Source of the DNA: Bacillota bacterium
GTDB lineage: Bacteria > Bacillota > Dethiobacteria > DTU022 > UBA8154
Direction of reading: 5' to 3'
Assembly: GCA_012839215.1 (NCBI GenBank)
Contig: DUNV01000061.1
Coordinates: 1 to 56,091, forward strand
Length of the DNA stretch: 56,091 bases
Numbering within the stretch: position 1 is the first letter of the stretch; each line of letters starts with the position of its first letter. Below the pieces are notes generated by a model. That model was not told the origin of the DNA, did not search any database, and was given only the letters and a program-made list of their open reading frames with translations. Made by a program: the position numbers and the translations under genes. Positions 27,008 to 38,955 of this stretch are shown one piece after another.

Positions 27008-27937
27008 TTAAACCACCCTTTCGGAGATTAGCAAATCTAGTACAGCCATGCGCACATAGACACCATTTTGGATCTGTTTATGAATGAGCACTTTATCCGG
27101 GTAGGTTTTTTCCAGCAGGTGCAGGGCCCCAAGATCCATCTCCATCCCCAGGTTAACCGGGCCGGGATGCATAACAAAGGGAATCCTTTTCAGCGACGCC
27201 AGCCTTTTTATATTTAACCCATAGAGGGCCGCATAGGCACTGGCAGCAGGGAAAAGGTGCCGGTGGCGCTCCCTTTGCATTCTCAGAAGGTAAAGCACAT
27301 CGCTTCGCGGGAGTGCCTCGTCAAAACAATAGGTGTAATCAAAATTGGGATAGGCCAGTTCCGCGGACAGAAATGCCGGTGGCCCTGCAAGGGTAATCCG
27401 TGCGCCAAAGGCCGGCAGGGCATAAAAATGTGAACGGGCAACCCTGCTGTGCAAAATATCCCCAACGATGACCACCTCCAACCCGGAAAGGGCAACTTCC
27501 TCCTCCATCAAGGTAAAAACATCTAATAGCGCCTGCGTGGGATGCTGGTAACAGCCTTCACCCCCACTAATTAAGGGAATATCTATCAGTTGCCCCAGCT
27601 TCCCAAATAAACCGGGCTGGCCATGCCGAAAAATAAGGGCATCTGCCCCAAGGGCCTCCAAGGTTTTCAAGGTATCCTCCAGGCTCTCCCCTTTTTTTTC
27701 ACTATTATGGTCTGGGCGAAGATCAAGCACGCTGCCTCCCAGCCTGCGAACAGCCAGTTCAAACGAAACCCTTGTTCTGGTGCTTGGTTCCCAAAAGGCT
27801 ATCACAATGTTTTTGCCCTTTAAGGCACTATAGATCTTTCCCCGATCCCCAGCCTTATAAAAAGCAGCCCGCTGGAATATCTCCTCCATGGCAGGCACCG
27901 AAAGATCCTCGATTGATAAGAGGTTGTCGGGAAACAA
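27008..27937 (-). CDS. pyrB: Aspartate carbamoyltransferase catalytic subunit
   Basis: Contains EPSTRTRVSFE, HPTQALLD and HPGP. TTG start with the SD GGGAGGAAGGG. Confidence 0.9.
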   Translation of the reverse strand: MFPDNLLSIEDLSVPAMEEIFQRAAFYKAGDRGKIYSALKGKNIVIAFWEPSTRTRVSFELAVRRLGGSVLDLRPDHNSEKKGESLEDTLKTLEALGADALIFRHGQPGLFGKLGQLIDIPLISGGEGCYQHPTQALLDVFTLMEEEVALSGLEVVIVGDILHSRVARSHFYALPAFGARITLAGPPAFLSAELAYPNFDYTYCFDEALPRSDVLYLLRMQRERHRHLFPAASAYAALYGLNIKRLASLKRIPFVMHPGPVNLGMEMDLGALHLLEKTYPDKVLIHKQIQNGVYVRMAVLDLLISERVV

Positions 27938-28187
27938 GATAAACCCTTCCTCCCTTAGGTAGCATTTTCAAATAGTGTATCCAATACTACAGATGATTTG
28001 ATAGTATCAACATGATTGCCTTAATAGAAATATAATTCAACTGCATAAATTCAATTTTTCAATAATATCATACATTCGGCAAAACTTCCCTTTCTTCCTC
28101 CATCTTTTATTATTTTCAACAAAAAATTATGTTTTTGATTCATATTCTGTTAAAATAAAACAAGAAAAATTTATGGGGGTTTGTTTA

Positions 28188-29075
28188 ATGTTTAGGAATA
28201 ACAGATATGGTCACCTTTTCGCAGTCGTTGCCCTTTGCCTCCTCGTCTTTTTCTTTTCCAAATTGTTACCAACATCCTCCCCCCTGCCTGCAGCAGAAGA
28301 AAAAGAAACACCGGATATATATGGGGAGGAAAATCCCGGGGATCACTCCGGCGGGGGGGACCCGGGGGAGGAAAATATACCTGAACAAATGCCGGGGGCC
28401 CATGCCGGGCAACCCGAACAGTCATCAGCCGTGACGAATGAAGGAAGCGGGGGGGTTGAAGAAAATAAAACCCCAAATGAAACCCCACAGCAGGACGATG
28501 ATTCCCTCATCAAATTGCTGGGTTTTTTGCAAAGCCCCATCCCCGGTGCCAGGATAACCAGCAGGGATTCACAGCTTCCAGGGGCACCAAGAACATACCG
28601 CAACGGAACCCATGAGGGCCTGGATTATTATGATGGAGCCTGCGGGGTTCCTATCCAATATGGTAACCCGGTCTATGCAGCGGGTGAGGGAACGATTTGC
28701 CGCATCGATCACCATTATACGGAACTTGCCGAACAGGAAAGAAGTGACATATTGCAGGTAAGCAGTGAACTTGACGATACACCAACCGATATTTTGGATC
28801 AGTTAAGGGGGCAACAGGTATGGATTCAACACAGGGGTAATGTAAAAACAATTTATGCGCATCTGAGTAGTGTGGCGGAAGATCTTCAGGAGGGGGATCC
28901 CGTAAAGGCGGGGGACTTTATTGGAAACATTGGAAACTCAGGCACCAGCGACGGCATGAAAGGAACCACGGCAAATGCACACCTGCATTTCGAGATCTGG
29001 ATTGGGGAAAATTATTTAGGAAATGGGCTCCCAGCCGAAAAAACGAGAAAACTGCTACAAGAATTGCTGGAATGA
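28188..29075 (+). CDS. Secreted M23 (LytM-type) metallopeptidase
   Basis: A signal/TM segment is followed by a Pro/Gly/Glu-rich linker. GTHEGLDYY and NAHLHFEI are the M23 metal-binding motifs. An alternative ATG lies at 28173. Confidence 0.8.
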   Translation: MFRNNRYGHLFAVVALCLLVFFFSKLLPTSSPLPAAEEKETPDIYGEENPGDHSGGGDPGEENIPEQMPGAHAGQPEQSSAVTNEGSGGVEENKTPNETPQQDDDSLIKLLGFLQSPIPGARITSRDSQLPGAPRTYRNGTHEGLDYYDGACGVPIQYGNPVYAAGEGTICRIDHHYTELAEQERSDILQVSSELDDTPTDILDQLRGQQVWIQHRGNVKTIYAHLSSVAEDLQEGDPVKAGDFIGNIGNSGTSDGMKGTTANAHLHFEIWIGENYLGNGLPAEKTRKLLQELLE

Positions 29076-29091
29076 ATAAAAGGGTAAACCC

Positions 29092-30390
29092 TTATTCCTT
29101 TTCCCTCTGGGTAAGGTATCTGAGCATATTGCGATAGGCGCGATGCTGTATATTGAGCACCTCATTGATCACCTTATATTTTGCAGATAAACTGGAGGTA
29201 GATACCTTATACTGCCCGGCGAGGGTCTTCTGCGTCAGACTGAGCAGATGGTACCTGGAAAGAGCGTACTCTAACGCTGCTGACCAGGTCTCGACCTTAT
29301 GAATTAATGGATAGCGGGGATAAAAATTATTTAAAAAATCTATCCAGATAGCCTGGGCGTCCTCATAGAATGTCTCATTATAGCAACGGCTTAGGCGCAT
29401 ATTTTTCAGGGTACATTCCAAAACATCCTGCCAGGATTGCAGCCACCTTGGTGCCAGCAAGGGGTAATAGGAGAGATCGACATCGTGGAGGGAACCATCC
29501 ATAAATACACAAACCAGGCCTTTGATGCCCATGTTTTTCAGCTCTAGGAGCGCTTTCAGGCGCAACCTCTGCTTTATCCAGGGGTTCCTGACAAATTCAA
29601 GCAGATTTTCCTTGCCGCCTTCATTTCCCAATAGGCTGTAGAGGCGGATGGCCTTTTCCGCCACTTGTTCATTTCTTTGGTAGAGGGCTTGCCACAGAAC
29701 ATAACGCATATCCTGGTTATCCCGATAACGCTGCAGCATTTTTTCTTCCTCTACACAGATAACCCTATTGGCGGGCATGGCATTTTTCCCCGAGGGAAGT
29801 GTTTCCCTATCCTCTTCGCTTAGGGCAAAAAGAATATCCTCGGCCTCTTCCGCCATTTCACCCAAAGGGGAAACCTGCAGGTAAAGGTTAAGGTGATGGG
29901 GGGCCTTATTTACCTCATCCATTAGCCCAAAATTGATAGCCATCAAAAAATAGCAGCCAGTCAATGATGGATCAAGTTTGTTGACGATATGGGAAAAGAT
30001 CTTGTTGGCCTTCTCCAAACGATTCATCCTGCTCAACAGACAGGCTAAATTATAATGGTAAAGGGAATTTTCCGGCTCCACCTCAGTTGCCTTTCTAAAG
30101 AAAAGAAGAGCCTTTTCCAACCCGTTTCTCTGTAAATAGTAATTGCCTTTTTCAAAATAGTACCCCCCCGTTTGCCCGAAAGGCACTACCTTTGTATTTA
30201 AACCCCTCCGTAATTTCACCTTTCTCACCACTTTTGCAATTAATTGCTTTCCATGTATATATTTCCACCCAACAACAACAGTTATAATCCTTTTATTAAA
30301 TAATTTCGCTAAGGAAGAATTTTTTCCTGCCAGACCTGGAATTTTTTCAATCTCCCGGGCCCCCCTCATCCTTCCAGCCGGTGAAAACAC
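29092..30390 (-). CDS. Tetratricopeptide-repeat protein (true start probably downstream of 30390)
   Basis: Contains TPR units (YYFEKGNYYLQRNGLEKALLFFRKATEVEPENSLYHYNLACLLSRMN...). The track ORF overlaps the upstream gene by 44 nt. No SD-supported start was identified. Confidence 0.6.
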   Translation of the reverse strand: MFSPAGRMRGAREIEKIPGLAGKNSSLAKLFNKRIITVVVGWKYIHGKQLIAKVVRKVKLRRGLNTKVVPFGQTGGYYFEKGNYYLQRNGLEKALLFFRKATEVEPENSLYHYNLACLLSRMNRLEKANKIFSHIVNKLDPSLTGCYFLMAINFGLMDEVNKAPHHLNLYLQVSPLGEMAEEAEDILFALSEEDRETLPSGKNAMPANRVICVEEEKMLQRYRDNQDMRYVLWQALYQRNEQVAEKAIRLYSLLGNEGGKENLLEFVRNPWIKQRLRLKALLELKNMGIKGLVCVFMDGSLHDVDLSYYPLLAPRWLQSWQDVLECTLKNMRLSRCYNETFYEDAQAIWIDFLNNFYPRYPLIHKVETWSAALEYALSRYHLLSLTQKTLAGQYKVSTSSLSAKYKVINEVLNIQHRAYRNMLRYLTQREKE

Positions 30391-31333
30391 TTCTTCCTAA
30401 GTAGCGATTATATTTCGTCCACGAAGGTGGTTTCCCCTGGCTGGTGCCCATGACCTGCAAAAATTGTCTAAGCCTGGCGCTGACCAGATCGGCATGAAAG
30501 AGGGCAAACGCGTTTATCGTTCTCGGAGTTTCCGGGGAACCCCATTCCCTTTCCCCGTGGTGACTTACGAGCATATGTTCAAGCTCCAATTGTAAATGCT
30601 CGGGAAATGAAGGAATTTTGCCGATCTTCTCCCGTAAAATACCCAGGCCAATGATAATATGGCCAAGCATGCGGCCCTTATCCGTCTGTTGAAAGGTAAA
30701 GCTATCCTGATCATATTCCTCGATTTTACCCACATCATGAATAATAGCCCCTGTCACGAGCAGAGGAACAGAAATTTTTCCCGGGTATAGTTGGGCAATC
30801 TTCAAACAAAGCTCCACTACTTCCAGTGTATGCTCTAGGAGGCCTCCAAGATAATTATGATGGATTAGCTTTGCTGCCGGTGCCCTCAAAAACTTTTGCA
30901 AAATGATCTCGTCGGCAAACAACTGTCCAAGCAGCTCCAAAAGATATTTATTTTTGACATGCCTTTGTATCTTTTGCTGCAGGTCCTCCCACATGGCGAC
31001 AGGCTCCCTGGCAGCCACCCGCTGGAAATGGGCTCGGTTAATATTTTCCCTTTTAATCTTTTCGAAATAATTTATGATGATCTGTGGCCCCTGATACTCC
31101 TTCACTTCCCCGGAAACCAGGAGAACATCATCCTGCCTGATGGGTTCAGTGACCATGGAGCGATCCCAGATAATACCCTTTATGCTCCCGCTGACATCCC
31201 CCAGCATTAATTTCAAAAAAGAATCCCCTGCCCTCGATGGGGAGGAAAAGGCCAGTTCCTGGACATCAACAACGACAAACTGTGATTGCACAGGATTGCC
31301 GATCTTCAAATTCTTTACGAATTGCTTAGCCAA
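30347..31333 (-). CDS. OB-fold plus HD-domain 3'-5' exoribonuclease (YhaM-like)
   Basis: The N-terminal OB fold (FLKLMLGDVSGSIKGIIWD) is followed by an HD domain (LLEHTLEV...IIHDVGK...HMLVSHHG). Confidence 0.8.
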   Translation of the reverse strand: MAKQFVKNLKIGNPVQSQFVVVDVQELAFSSPSRAGDSFLKLMLGDVSGSIKGIIWDRSMVTEPIRQDDVLLVSGEVKEYQGPQIIINYFEKIKRENINRAHFQRVAAREPVAMWEDLQQKIQRHVKNKYLLELLGQLFADEIILQKFLRAPAAKLIHHNYLGGLLEHTLEVVELCLKIAQLYPGKISVPLLVTGAIIHDVGKIEEYDQDSFTFQQTDKGRMLGHIIIGLGILREKIGKIPSFPEHLQLELEHMLVSHHGEREWGSPETPRTINAFALFHADLVSARLRQFLQVMGTSQGKPPSWTKYNRYLGRSVFTGWKDEGGPGD

Positions 31334-31345
31334 GCGATCACCCCC

Positions 31346-32143
<798 letters not shown>

Positions 32144-32193
32144 CTAAAAACCTCCTTTTGTTTCGAAACCATATCCGGCCATACAAAACAGCC

Positions 32194-33174
32194 CTAGTTG
32201 TAATTATAGCCTTCCATAAGCTCATCAATGCTTTTTTTGATCAGACGGACCGCAAGGGGATGCCGCATGATCAGCATATCCATCCCGGAATGAAGTAGTG
32301 TCATGGCCGTGGCCGCCTCCCAGGCCATGGAACGTTCAGCTTGATCGCCCCAGGAAGGTTCTTCAGCCGCGGGAATGACCGCCTCCTTCTTGTTCCAGAC
32401 CTCATGTCCCACATTGCCGATCAAGGGCATGGCCAGCATCCTGTCGCCGCCCAAAACTCCGAGCCGAATCCTTTCCATAATAGAATAGCTGTACTCGATG
32501 CCATAGCCCAGTGCGGCTATGGTTGGATCCATGATGATGCGGTCCAGCAACGGCGGGCTTATCTCGGAGATGAGGATGTTCAGTTGTTTGGCAATATTGA
32601 TATCGATGGGGGATTGGGCAATCAGGGAATGCCCGTAGGCCATCGACGCCGTGGCTATCGTTTTGTAATTATCCGCCTCGGCAACTCCCAAAAGCAGGTT
32701 TTCCCCGGCGGCGGATTCCGCAAGGTCCCCAATAATCAGGTTATCCATTTCTGCCTTGCCACAACCGGTAACAATGAGTGGTACCTCCACGGCCCGGAGA
32801 ACCTTTTGCAACGTGGCGGCACATTGCTGGGCAGTAGCATCCCCCCTGTCCGGATCGGCACCTTTAAAATGAAGAGCAATCAGATCGGCCCCATAAACTT
32901 CGACACATTTTTTTGCCCAGGCAGCCGGATCAGCAAAAACATCCTCATAATAAGCCCGCAGGCTGCCCGGCCATTCTTCAGGGACAATGTCCCAGACTTC
33001 CATAGCGATAACAGGAGGGTGGGGAATCTCACCCTCAAAATGAAGAAAGGGCAGACTTGCTTCTCCTCCCACCTTGATAATGTGCCGGCGAGTTCCGCCT
33101 TCGGCACTGGTTGCCCCCAGGGTAACCTCCCTGACGCGGCTTCTATATTTTTCCCTATGAATCTCCACAACCAT
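32194..33174 (-). CDS. acsD: Corrinoid iron-sulfur protein small subunit
   Basis: MVVEIHREKYRSRVREVTLGA...IKVGGE...PPVIAMEVWD is the CdhD/AcsD pattern. SD AGGAAAGGTGG before the ATG at 33172-33174. Confidence 0.85.
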   Translation of the reverse strand: MVVEIHREKYRSRVREVTLGATSAEGGTRRHIIKVGGEASLPFLHFEGEIPHPPVIAMEVWDIVPEEWPGSLRAYYEDVFADPAAWAKKCVEVYGADLIALHFKGADPDRGDATAQQCAATLQKVLRAVEVPLIVTGCGKAEMDNLIIGDLAESAAGENLLLGVAEADNYKTIATASMAYGHSLIAQSPIDINIAKQLNILISEISPPLLDRIIMDPTIAALGYGIEYSYSIMERIRLGVLGGDRMLAMPLIGNVGHEVWNKKEAVIPAAEEPSWGDQAERSMAWEAATAMTLLHSGMDMLIMRHPLAVRLIKKSIDELMEGYNYN

Positions 33175-33196
33175 TATATTACCACCTTTCCTGCGC

Positions 33197-34528
33197 CTAG
33201 CGGGAAAAAGTTGCTTTGGCAAATTTCTGCAGCCCGGAAGCCTCGCGCGGCCCTACAAGAACATTCCAACCCGATTTTTCCTCAAGCCCCTCCCTGAGAA
33301 CGGCAACCGCCCCCGGAATGACGATCTCCCTGTGTTTTACCTTTTGTTTCAGCCCACTATCCTCTATGGCCCGGGCAATTTTTTCCGCGGTAAATTTATC
33401 GTCGGCATAAGCCGTCAGCACGGACGTGCCCTTTGTGTCCACAACAAGAATAAAGCTGGGGATGCGCGTAGCGCTTATCTCCCCCTCTATCAGGAAATAG
33501 GAAAGAGAAAAGTTTGTCGTGCAGTAGATGGGTGCATCTTCGCCCGCTTCTCCCACCATATACAATCCGGGTTCCACAGTAGCTGGTTTCTGCGGATCGG
33601 CATAGATATTTTCCCGCAGGGTGAGGATAGGCAGGATGTATTCCGGCCTGTCTGTTTTGATCACGACAATATCTGCATATTTTGTTATGCCTGAAACGAT
33701 CTCCAGCATCTCCTCACCCGGATCCTCCTTTGTCGTAAAGGAAATGGTAGGATAAGCAAAGGGACGGTATTTTTTCCGAATGGCAAGACGCCTTAGCTGG
33801 GTTAGATCGGCAAGGGTCTGATTGCCGGCAGACGTGCCGGGATCGAGTACCAATTGGCGAAAACCCGTTCTAACAATTTTGCCGGACAACGCGGCAAGGG
33901 CCTTCAGGCCATTGGCCCTGGCGACCAAGGCGCAGCCGTGGGCCTGAGCCAACTCGATCATCTGCGCATAATTGTCCTCGTTGGCGGCGTGGAGAAGCGG
34001 CTTCCGTACCGCGGACACCTTGAGGGCCGCTTCCATCGCTATGGTATTGCCGGCAATTAAAATCAGGTTTTTGTCTGTCCGGGCGGCCACTTTTTCTGCA
34101 GCAGCCTGAAAAACAGCCACATCTCCGGAGGCATTGCCTAGGGCAATCAAATCTATTTCATAATGCTGGCCAACCCGATCAAAAGAAAGTTTGTTTATTT
34201 TATCTACCTTTGCCTCCACATCCTCATAATCGTTAACAGTAACAGCAATGGCTGTAGGGTGATTGAAGCGTTTCTCATGGCGGAAAAGCTCCGTTTCATC
34301 CCCCACCTCAGTAATATTGTCACCGCTGCCAATCCCCACCAATTGGATAGGGGGCTCCGAGGCGGAAGACAAGGTTTCCCTGGCCTCCGCCGAGATGGTT
34401 GGGCAGGCATCAATGGAGGATTTACCATTGGCAAGAGCCATGGCAAAAGCAAGGCAGGTAGGAAAACCACATTTTTTACAATTTGTTTTAGGCAAAAGTC
34501 TAAAAATGTCAAGTCCTGTCAGGGCCAT
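33197..34528 (-). CDS. acsC: Corrinoid iron-sulfur protein large subunit
   Basis: MALTGLDIFRLLPKTNCKKCGFPTCLAFAMALANGKSSIDAC carries the Cx2Cx4Cx16C 4Fe-4S motif of CFeSP. SD GAAGGGGAGGG. Confidence 0.9.
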   Translation of the reverse strand: MALTGLDIFRLLPKTNCKKCGFPTCLAFAMALANGKSSIDACPTISAEARETLSSASEPPIQLVGIGSGDNITEVGDETELFRHEKRFNHPTAIAVTVNDYEDVEAKVDKINKLSFDRVGQHYEIDLIALGNASGDVAVFQAAAEKVAARTDKNLILIAGNTIAMEAALKVSAVRKPLLHAANEDNYAQMIELAQAHGCALVARANGLKALAALSGKIVRTGFRQLVLDPGTSAGNQTLADLTQLRRLAIRKKYRPFAYPTISFTTKEDPGEEMLEIVSGITKYADIVVIKTDRPEYILPILTLRENIYADPQKPATVEPGLYMVGEAGEDAPIYCTTNFSLSYFLIEGEISATRIPSFILVVDTKGTSVLTAYADDKFTAEKIARAIEDSGLKQKVKHREIVIPGAVAVLREGLEEKSGWNVLVGPREASGLQKFAKATFSR

Positions 34529-34610
34529 TTTTTCCCTCCCCTTCAAATGAATAATAAAGCAAGTTCTCTATTTCGCTACGCCTTATTTTTATTCCTGCCT
34601 GGAGCGCTGT

Positions 34611-34637
34611 TAAAAAAAAAGGCCCCTTGCGGGGCCC
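34611..34637 (-). terminator. Strong rho-independent terminator of clpC
   Basis: The minus transcript reads GGCCCC-GCAA-GGGGCC-UUUUUUUUU. Confidence 0.8.
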
Positions 34638-34651
34638 CAAAACCGGTATTT

Positions 34652-37162
34652 TTAAGATGCCGGTTCTTTTTGGACTACCCTAGTGGAATCCTCGGGAATA
34701 TCATCGGCAGATTTCTTCTCCTGGATACCTTTTTTGATAAAGGCTAACTTTTCTTTTTCCTTTTCTTTTTCCACGCCAATAATATCCCCGGCAGTAAATG
34801 TTCCACGCAGGAGCTCCTCGGATATTCCGTCTTCCAGCCTCTTCTGGATAACCCTTCTTAAGGGACGGGCACCATAGGCCGGTTCATACCCTTCCTTGGC
34901 CAAAAGCTCCTTGGCATCCTCCGAGACATGCAACTGCAGACCATAATCGGCAATACGCGAGGACAGCTCAGCAAGCATCAGGTTGACGATCTGGGAAATG
35001 TCCTCCTTGGAGAGGGTTTTAAAGACGATTAAATCATCGACCCTGTTTAAAAATTCAGGGCGGAAAACCCTCTTTAATTCATCGAGCAACCGATCTTTCA
35101 TGTTTTCATAATTTTTATCTATGTCATCGGGCTGGAAACCCATGACAGGCTGTTTTCTGATATAATTCGCTCCCACGTTGGAAGTCATAATGATCACGGC
35201 ATTGCGGAAGTTTACCGTCCGTCCTTTCCCGTCCGTCAAACGTCCATCCTCAAGTATTTGCAGTAGAACATTAAAGACATCGGGATGTGCCTTTTCAATC
35301 TCATCAAGCAAGATAACGCTGTAGGGTTTGCGCCGGACCTTTTCCGTCAGCTGCCCGCCCTCATCGTAACCTACATATCCCGGAGGTGCCCCAACCAGGC
35401 GGGAGGTCGTATGCTTTTCCATATACTCCGACATATCCAGACGGATCATGGCATCCTCGTCGCCAAACATGGCCTCGGCCAGGCTGCGGGCCAATTCGGT
35501 TTTTCCCACGCCGGTAGGCCCGAGGAAAATAAAGGATCCTATTGGCCTCTTGGGATCCTTCAGGCCGGCCCGGCCGCGCCTGATGGCCCGGGAAACTGCT
35601 TGCACTGCCTCGTGCTGGCCAATAACACGCTCATGCAGAATCTCCTCCATGCGCAACAGACGTTCGGATTCCTCCTCTGCCAGTTTTTTTACGGGAATCC
35701 CCGTCCAGCTGGAAACAATATGGGCAATATCTTCTTCTGTAACAACCGTCTGATCAGAGACAACCTTTTTTTGTTCCCATTCCTTTTTCATTTCCGTCAG
35801 CTTGGCCCTGAACTGCTGTTCCTTATCCCGCAACTGGGCAGCATGCTCAAAATCCTGGCTACGAACAGCAGCCTCTTTTTCCTGGCGGATATTCTCCATT
35901 TTTTCTTCCATCTCTTTTAAATTGGGCGGAGCAGTATAGTTGCGCAATCTGACCCTCGAGGCGGCCTCATCGACCAGATCAATAGCCTTATCCGGCAAAA
36001 AGCGGTCCTGTATATAGCGATCGCCCAACCTCACGGCAGCTTCCAGGGCCTCGTCGGTTATCTTGACCCGGTGATGAGCCTCGTAACGATCTCTTAATCC
36101 TTTGAGAATTTCCAGACTTTCCTCAGTGGTAGGCTCACCCACGACGATGGGCTGGAAACGCCTTTCCAAGGCAGGATCCCTTTCGATATATTTCCTGTAT
36201 TCATCGAGGGTTGTCGCTCCCACCGCCTGGAGCTCACCCTTGGCCAGTGCCGGTTTTAAAATATTGGAGGCATCGATGGCTCCTTCGGCGGCTCCGGCCC
36301 CAATAATGGTATGCAGCTCATCGATAAAAATAATGACATTCCCGGCCTGCTGCAGTTCCAACATCAGCTTGCGCAGGCGTTCCTCAAATTCGCCGCGATA
36401 TTTGGTCCCGGCCACGACGGCAGCCAGCTCCAGGGTAACCACCCTTTTGTCAAGTAGAATATCGGGGATATTGCCTTCGGTGATTCTTTGGGCCAGCCCC
36501 TCGACGATAGCCGTTTTGCCCACGCCCGGTTCGCCAATTAAAACAGGGTTGTTTTTCGTCCGGCGGCTAAGGATCTGGATTACTCTTTCGATTTCCTTAT
36601 CGCGCCCGACGACCGGATCAAGCTTCCCTTCCTTACCCATCTTCGTTAGATCGCGGCCAAAAGCATCTACCGTAGGGGTTTGGGGCACGCTTTTACCTAC
36701 TTTGCCCCCTCCCAACTGGGGTTCGCCGCCGAGCAACTGGATGACCTCACGGCGGGCCTTTTTCAAATCGATGCCCAGATTGGTCAGCACCTGGGCGGCA
36801 ATCCCTTCCCCTTCCCGCAGGAGACCCAGCAAAAGGTGCTCCGTCCCCACATAATTATGGCCAAAATTTTGTCCTTCCTCGATAGCCAGCTCAATAACTT
36901 TTTTGGCCCTAGGTGTATAGCTAATCCCCTGGATGATTCCTTTCTCGCCTTTACCGATTATCTTTTCCGCTTCGCCGCGAACCCTTGATAACTCAATACC
37001 AAGGTTTTGCAAAGCCCTGGAGGCAATTCCGGAGCCTTCCCGGACCAAACCCAAAAGGATATGTTCCGTTCCGATGAAATTATGATTTAATCTTTTTGCT
37101 TCCTCCTGTGCCAGCACAAGAACTTGTTGTGCCCTTTCAGTAAATCTGCCAAACATAAACAT
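34652..37162 (-). CDS. clpC: ATP-dependent Clp protease ATP-binding subunit ClpC
   Basis: Two Clp_N repeats, two AAA+ modules (GEPGVGKT and GPTGVGKT) and a UVR linker. Confidence 0.95.
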   Translation of the reverse strand: MFMFGRFTERAQQVLVLAQEEAKRLNHNFIGTEHILLGLVREGSGIASRALQNLGIELSRVRGEAEKIIGKGEKGIIQGISYTPRAKKVIELAIEEGQNFGHNYVGTEHLLLGLLREGEGIAAQVLTNLGIDLKKARREVIQLLGGEPQLGGGKVGKSVPQTPTVDAFGRDLTKMGKEGKLDPVVGRDKEIERVIQILSRRTKNNPVLIGEPGVGKTAIVEGLAQRITEGNIPDILLDKRVVTLELAAVVAGTKYRGEFEERLRKLMLELQQAGNVIIFIDELHTIIGAGAAEGAIDASNILKPALAKGELQAVGATTLDEYRKYIERDPALERRFQPIVVGEPTTEESLEILKGLRDRYEAHHRVKITDEALEAAVRLGDRYIQDRFLPDKAIDLVDEAASRVRLRNYTAPPNLKEMEEKMENIRQEKEAAVRSQDFEHAAQLRDKEQQFRAKLTEMKKEWEQKKVVSDQTVVTEEDIAHIVSSWTGIPVKKLAEEESERLLRMEEILHERVIGQHEAVQAVSRAIRRGRAGLKDPKRPIGSFIFLGPTGVGKTELARSLAEAMFGDEDAMIRLDMSEYMEKHTTSRLVGAPPGYVGYDEGGQLTEKVRRKPYSVILLDEIEKAHPDVFNVLLQILEDGRLTDGKGRTVNFRNAVIIMTSNVGANYIRKQPVMGFQPDDIDKNYENMKDRLLDELKRVFRPEFLNRVDDLIVFKTLSKEDISQIVNLMLAELSSRIADYGLQLHVSEDAKELLAKEGYEPAYGARPLRRVIQKRLEDGISEELLRGTFTAGDIIGVEKEKEKEKLAFIKKGIQEKKSADDIPEDSTRVVQKEPAS

Positions 37163-37184
37163 TTAGACTACACCCCTTTCCAAT

Positions 37185-38399
37185 CTATTTGTTGTAATCT
37201 CGTAAAATTTTTTGTATCTGAACCGCCCTTTCCAGGTCACGCTCGTACGCATTTAGGGGCCTTCCCTTAAGGTACTGCAGGCACCCGGGGCGGGTTACAA
37301 CCAAAAGTTCATTTAATATTTTGATGGGAATTTTTTTGATGAGGCCAAGATCTACCCCCAGGCGAACATCGGAAAGAAACTGCATCGTTTCCTGGGAACC
37401 AAGAAGATGGCCGTGAAGAAGAATGCCCAGGGCCCTCCCAGCCCGATCGGCCAGCCTTTCTCTTCCCTCATTGAGCAGCTGCTCCCTGGCCTTTTTTTCC
37501 TGGTTGATTAGTTGCCCGGCCACACCATAAAGGTTTTGCCAGATTTCTTCCTCCGACTGGCCCAAGGTGATCTGATTGGAGATCTGGAAAAGATTCCCGA
37601 TCATTTCTGTACCCTCGCCATAGATGCCCCGCACTGTCAGGCTAACCTGGCTGACAGCAGCCAGGATATGGTTAATCTGCCTGGTAATCACCAGGGCAGG
37701 AAGGTGAAGCATAACGGAAACCCTAAGGCCTGTTCCCACATTGGTGGGGCAGGCAGTCAGGTAGCCAATATTTTCATCAAAAGCGTAATTCGCCTTTGAC
37801 TCAAGGAGATCATCATAGCTGGACGCCCGGGTCCATGCCTCCTCCAATTGCAACCCCGGCAAAATACACTGCAAGCGAAAATGATCCTCCTCGTTGACCA
37901 TCAGGCTGATCTCTTCATCATTAGCAATGACCAATGCACGGGCATGGGTTTCCTTGGACAGCAAGGGACTGATTAAATGTTTTTCAACCAATACCTGCCG
38001 AAAAACAGGCGAGAGGGCATTGATGTTTAGGAAACGGAAATCCGGCAACTTTTGCTGATGCTCCCTAAAAATTGCCTCGGCAAGCTTAAAAACATTTTCC
38101 AACTGCTCATCCGAAGCAAGGGAAGGAAAAGGAAAATCGCAAATATTTCTGGCCAGCCTTACACGGGTGCTGATGATAATTTCCGCCTCCGGTCCGCTGC
38201 CTTCCATCCATTTGCTAAACAGTTCCCCTTTTCGTTCTTCTTCATGCTCTTCGAGTTCCCTTTTTTGCTGAATAATTTCTTCAAGGGGACTTTTTATTTC
38301 CTTAGGCTGTTCAGCCTGATTTTTTTGAAAAGCCTTATCACTGCTCAAGAGTTTCACCCCCCTTTTGCTGCCCGCTGCCTTCCAACCTGTAGATTTCAT
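37185..38399 (-). CDS. mcsB: Protein arginine kinase McsB
   Basis: Contains SKWMEGSGP...STRVRLARN and NEEDHFRLQ, the phosphagen-kinase fold. The track start overlaps mcsA by 62 nt, so a downstream TTG/GTG start is possible. Confidence 0.9.
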   Translation of the reverse strand: MKSTGWKAAGSKRGVKLLSSDKAFQKNQAEQPKEIKSPLEEIIQQKRELEEHEEERKGELFSKWMEGSGPEAEIIISTRVRLARNICDFPFPSLASDEQLENVFKLAEAIFREHQQKLPDFRFLNINALSPVFRQVLVEKHLISPLLSKETHARALVIANDEEISLMVNEEDHFRLQCILPGLQLEEAWTRASSYDDLLESKANYAFDENIGYLTACPTNVGTGLRVSVMLHLPALVITRQINHILAAVSQVSLTVRGIYGEGTEMIGNLFQISNQITLGQSEEEIWQNLYGVAGQLINQEKKAREQLLNEGRERLADRAGRALGILLHGHLLGSQETMQFLSDVRLGVDLGLIKKIPIKILNELLVVTRPGCLQYLKGRPLNAYERDLERAVQIQKILRDYNK

Positions 38400-38883
38400 C
38401 CCTTATTTTGGCCGCTTCCTCAAATGCCTCTTCCGCTACCCTTTTCTGTAGCTCCTGGCGCAGGTTTTCGATTTCCCTTTTAATCTTTACGTCGGCACCT
38501 GCCCTGTGGGGAACTTTGCCCATGTGTTTAGTATTTCCATGCAGGCGACGCAAAAGGGGAGTAAGCGTCTCCCCAAAGGCCTCATAGCAACGGCTGCAGC
38601 CGAAACGGCCAATCTGACCAAACTGTGCATGGGTCAACCCGCAGGTTCCACATTGAAGCCCCCCGGAAAAACCCTTCCTGGGAGCTCCCCCACCCCCTTG
38701 GGGAAAAAACCCCATTAATCCGGAAAAAAGCTGGTGCAGCGGAAACTTCCCTTCCAGGGGGAAACCTATTTCTCCCTTTTCCAGGGCACATGATTCACAA
38801 AGGTAAACTTCTTTCTTCTCACCATTGATAATTTGCGTAACGTGTACTGTAGCACTATTTTTACCACATGACTGACAAAGCAT
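38338..38883 (-). CDS. mcsA: Protein arginine kinase activator McsA
   Basis: MLCQSCGKNSATVHVTQIINGEKKEVYLCESC zinc fingers plus a C-terminal UVR motif (FEEAAKIRDEI). Confidence 0.85.
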   Translation of the reverse strand: MLCQSCGKNSATVHVTQIINGEKKEVYLCESCALEKGEIGFPLEGKFPLHQLFSGLMGFFPQGGGGAPRKGFSGGLQCGTCGLTHAQFGQIGRFGCSRCYEAFGETLTPLLRRLHGNTKHMGKVPHRAGADVKIKREIENLRQELQKRVAEEAFEEAAKIRDEIYRLEGSGQQKGGETLEQ

Positions 38884-38955
38884 CTTCTTTTCCGCCGGTA
38901 GTTTTTACCAGACGCCTTACCAGCGGCTTTTCCCCCCTTTCATTAGATTCAGGCC

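Noticed and set aside
27938-28187. PyrR-binding attenuator upstream of pyrB
   Set aside because: I could not find the conserved PyrR loop motif (ARUCCAGAGAGGYU) or terminator/antiterminator alternatives. The region is simply an AT-rich divergent promoter space.
32341-33297. 318-aa plus-strand ORF, the longest unassigned ORF in the track
   Set aside because: It is entirely antisense to acsD/acsC, whose products carry clear family motifs. It has no SD or promoter and a low-complexity, Arg/Pro/Gly-rich composition typical of shadow frames.
35285-36854. Plus-strand ORFs of 211 aa (35285..35920), 101 aa and 250 aa (36102..36854)
   Set aside because: All are antisense to clpC, which is unambiguous. 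They are Ser/Pro/Arg-rich shadow frames with no translation signals.
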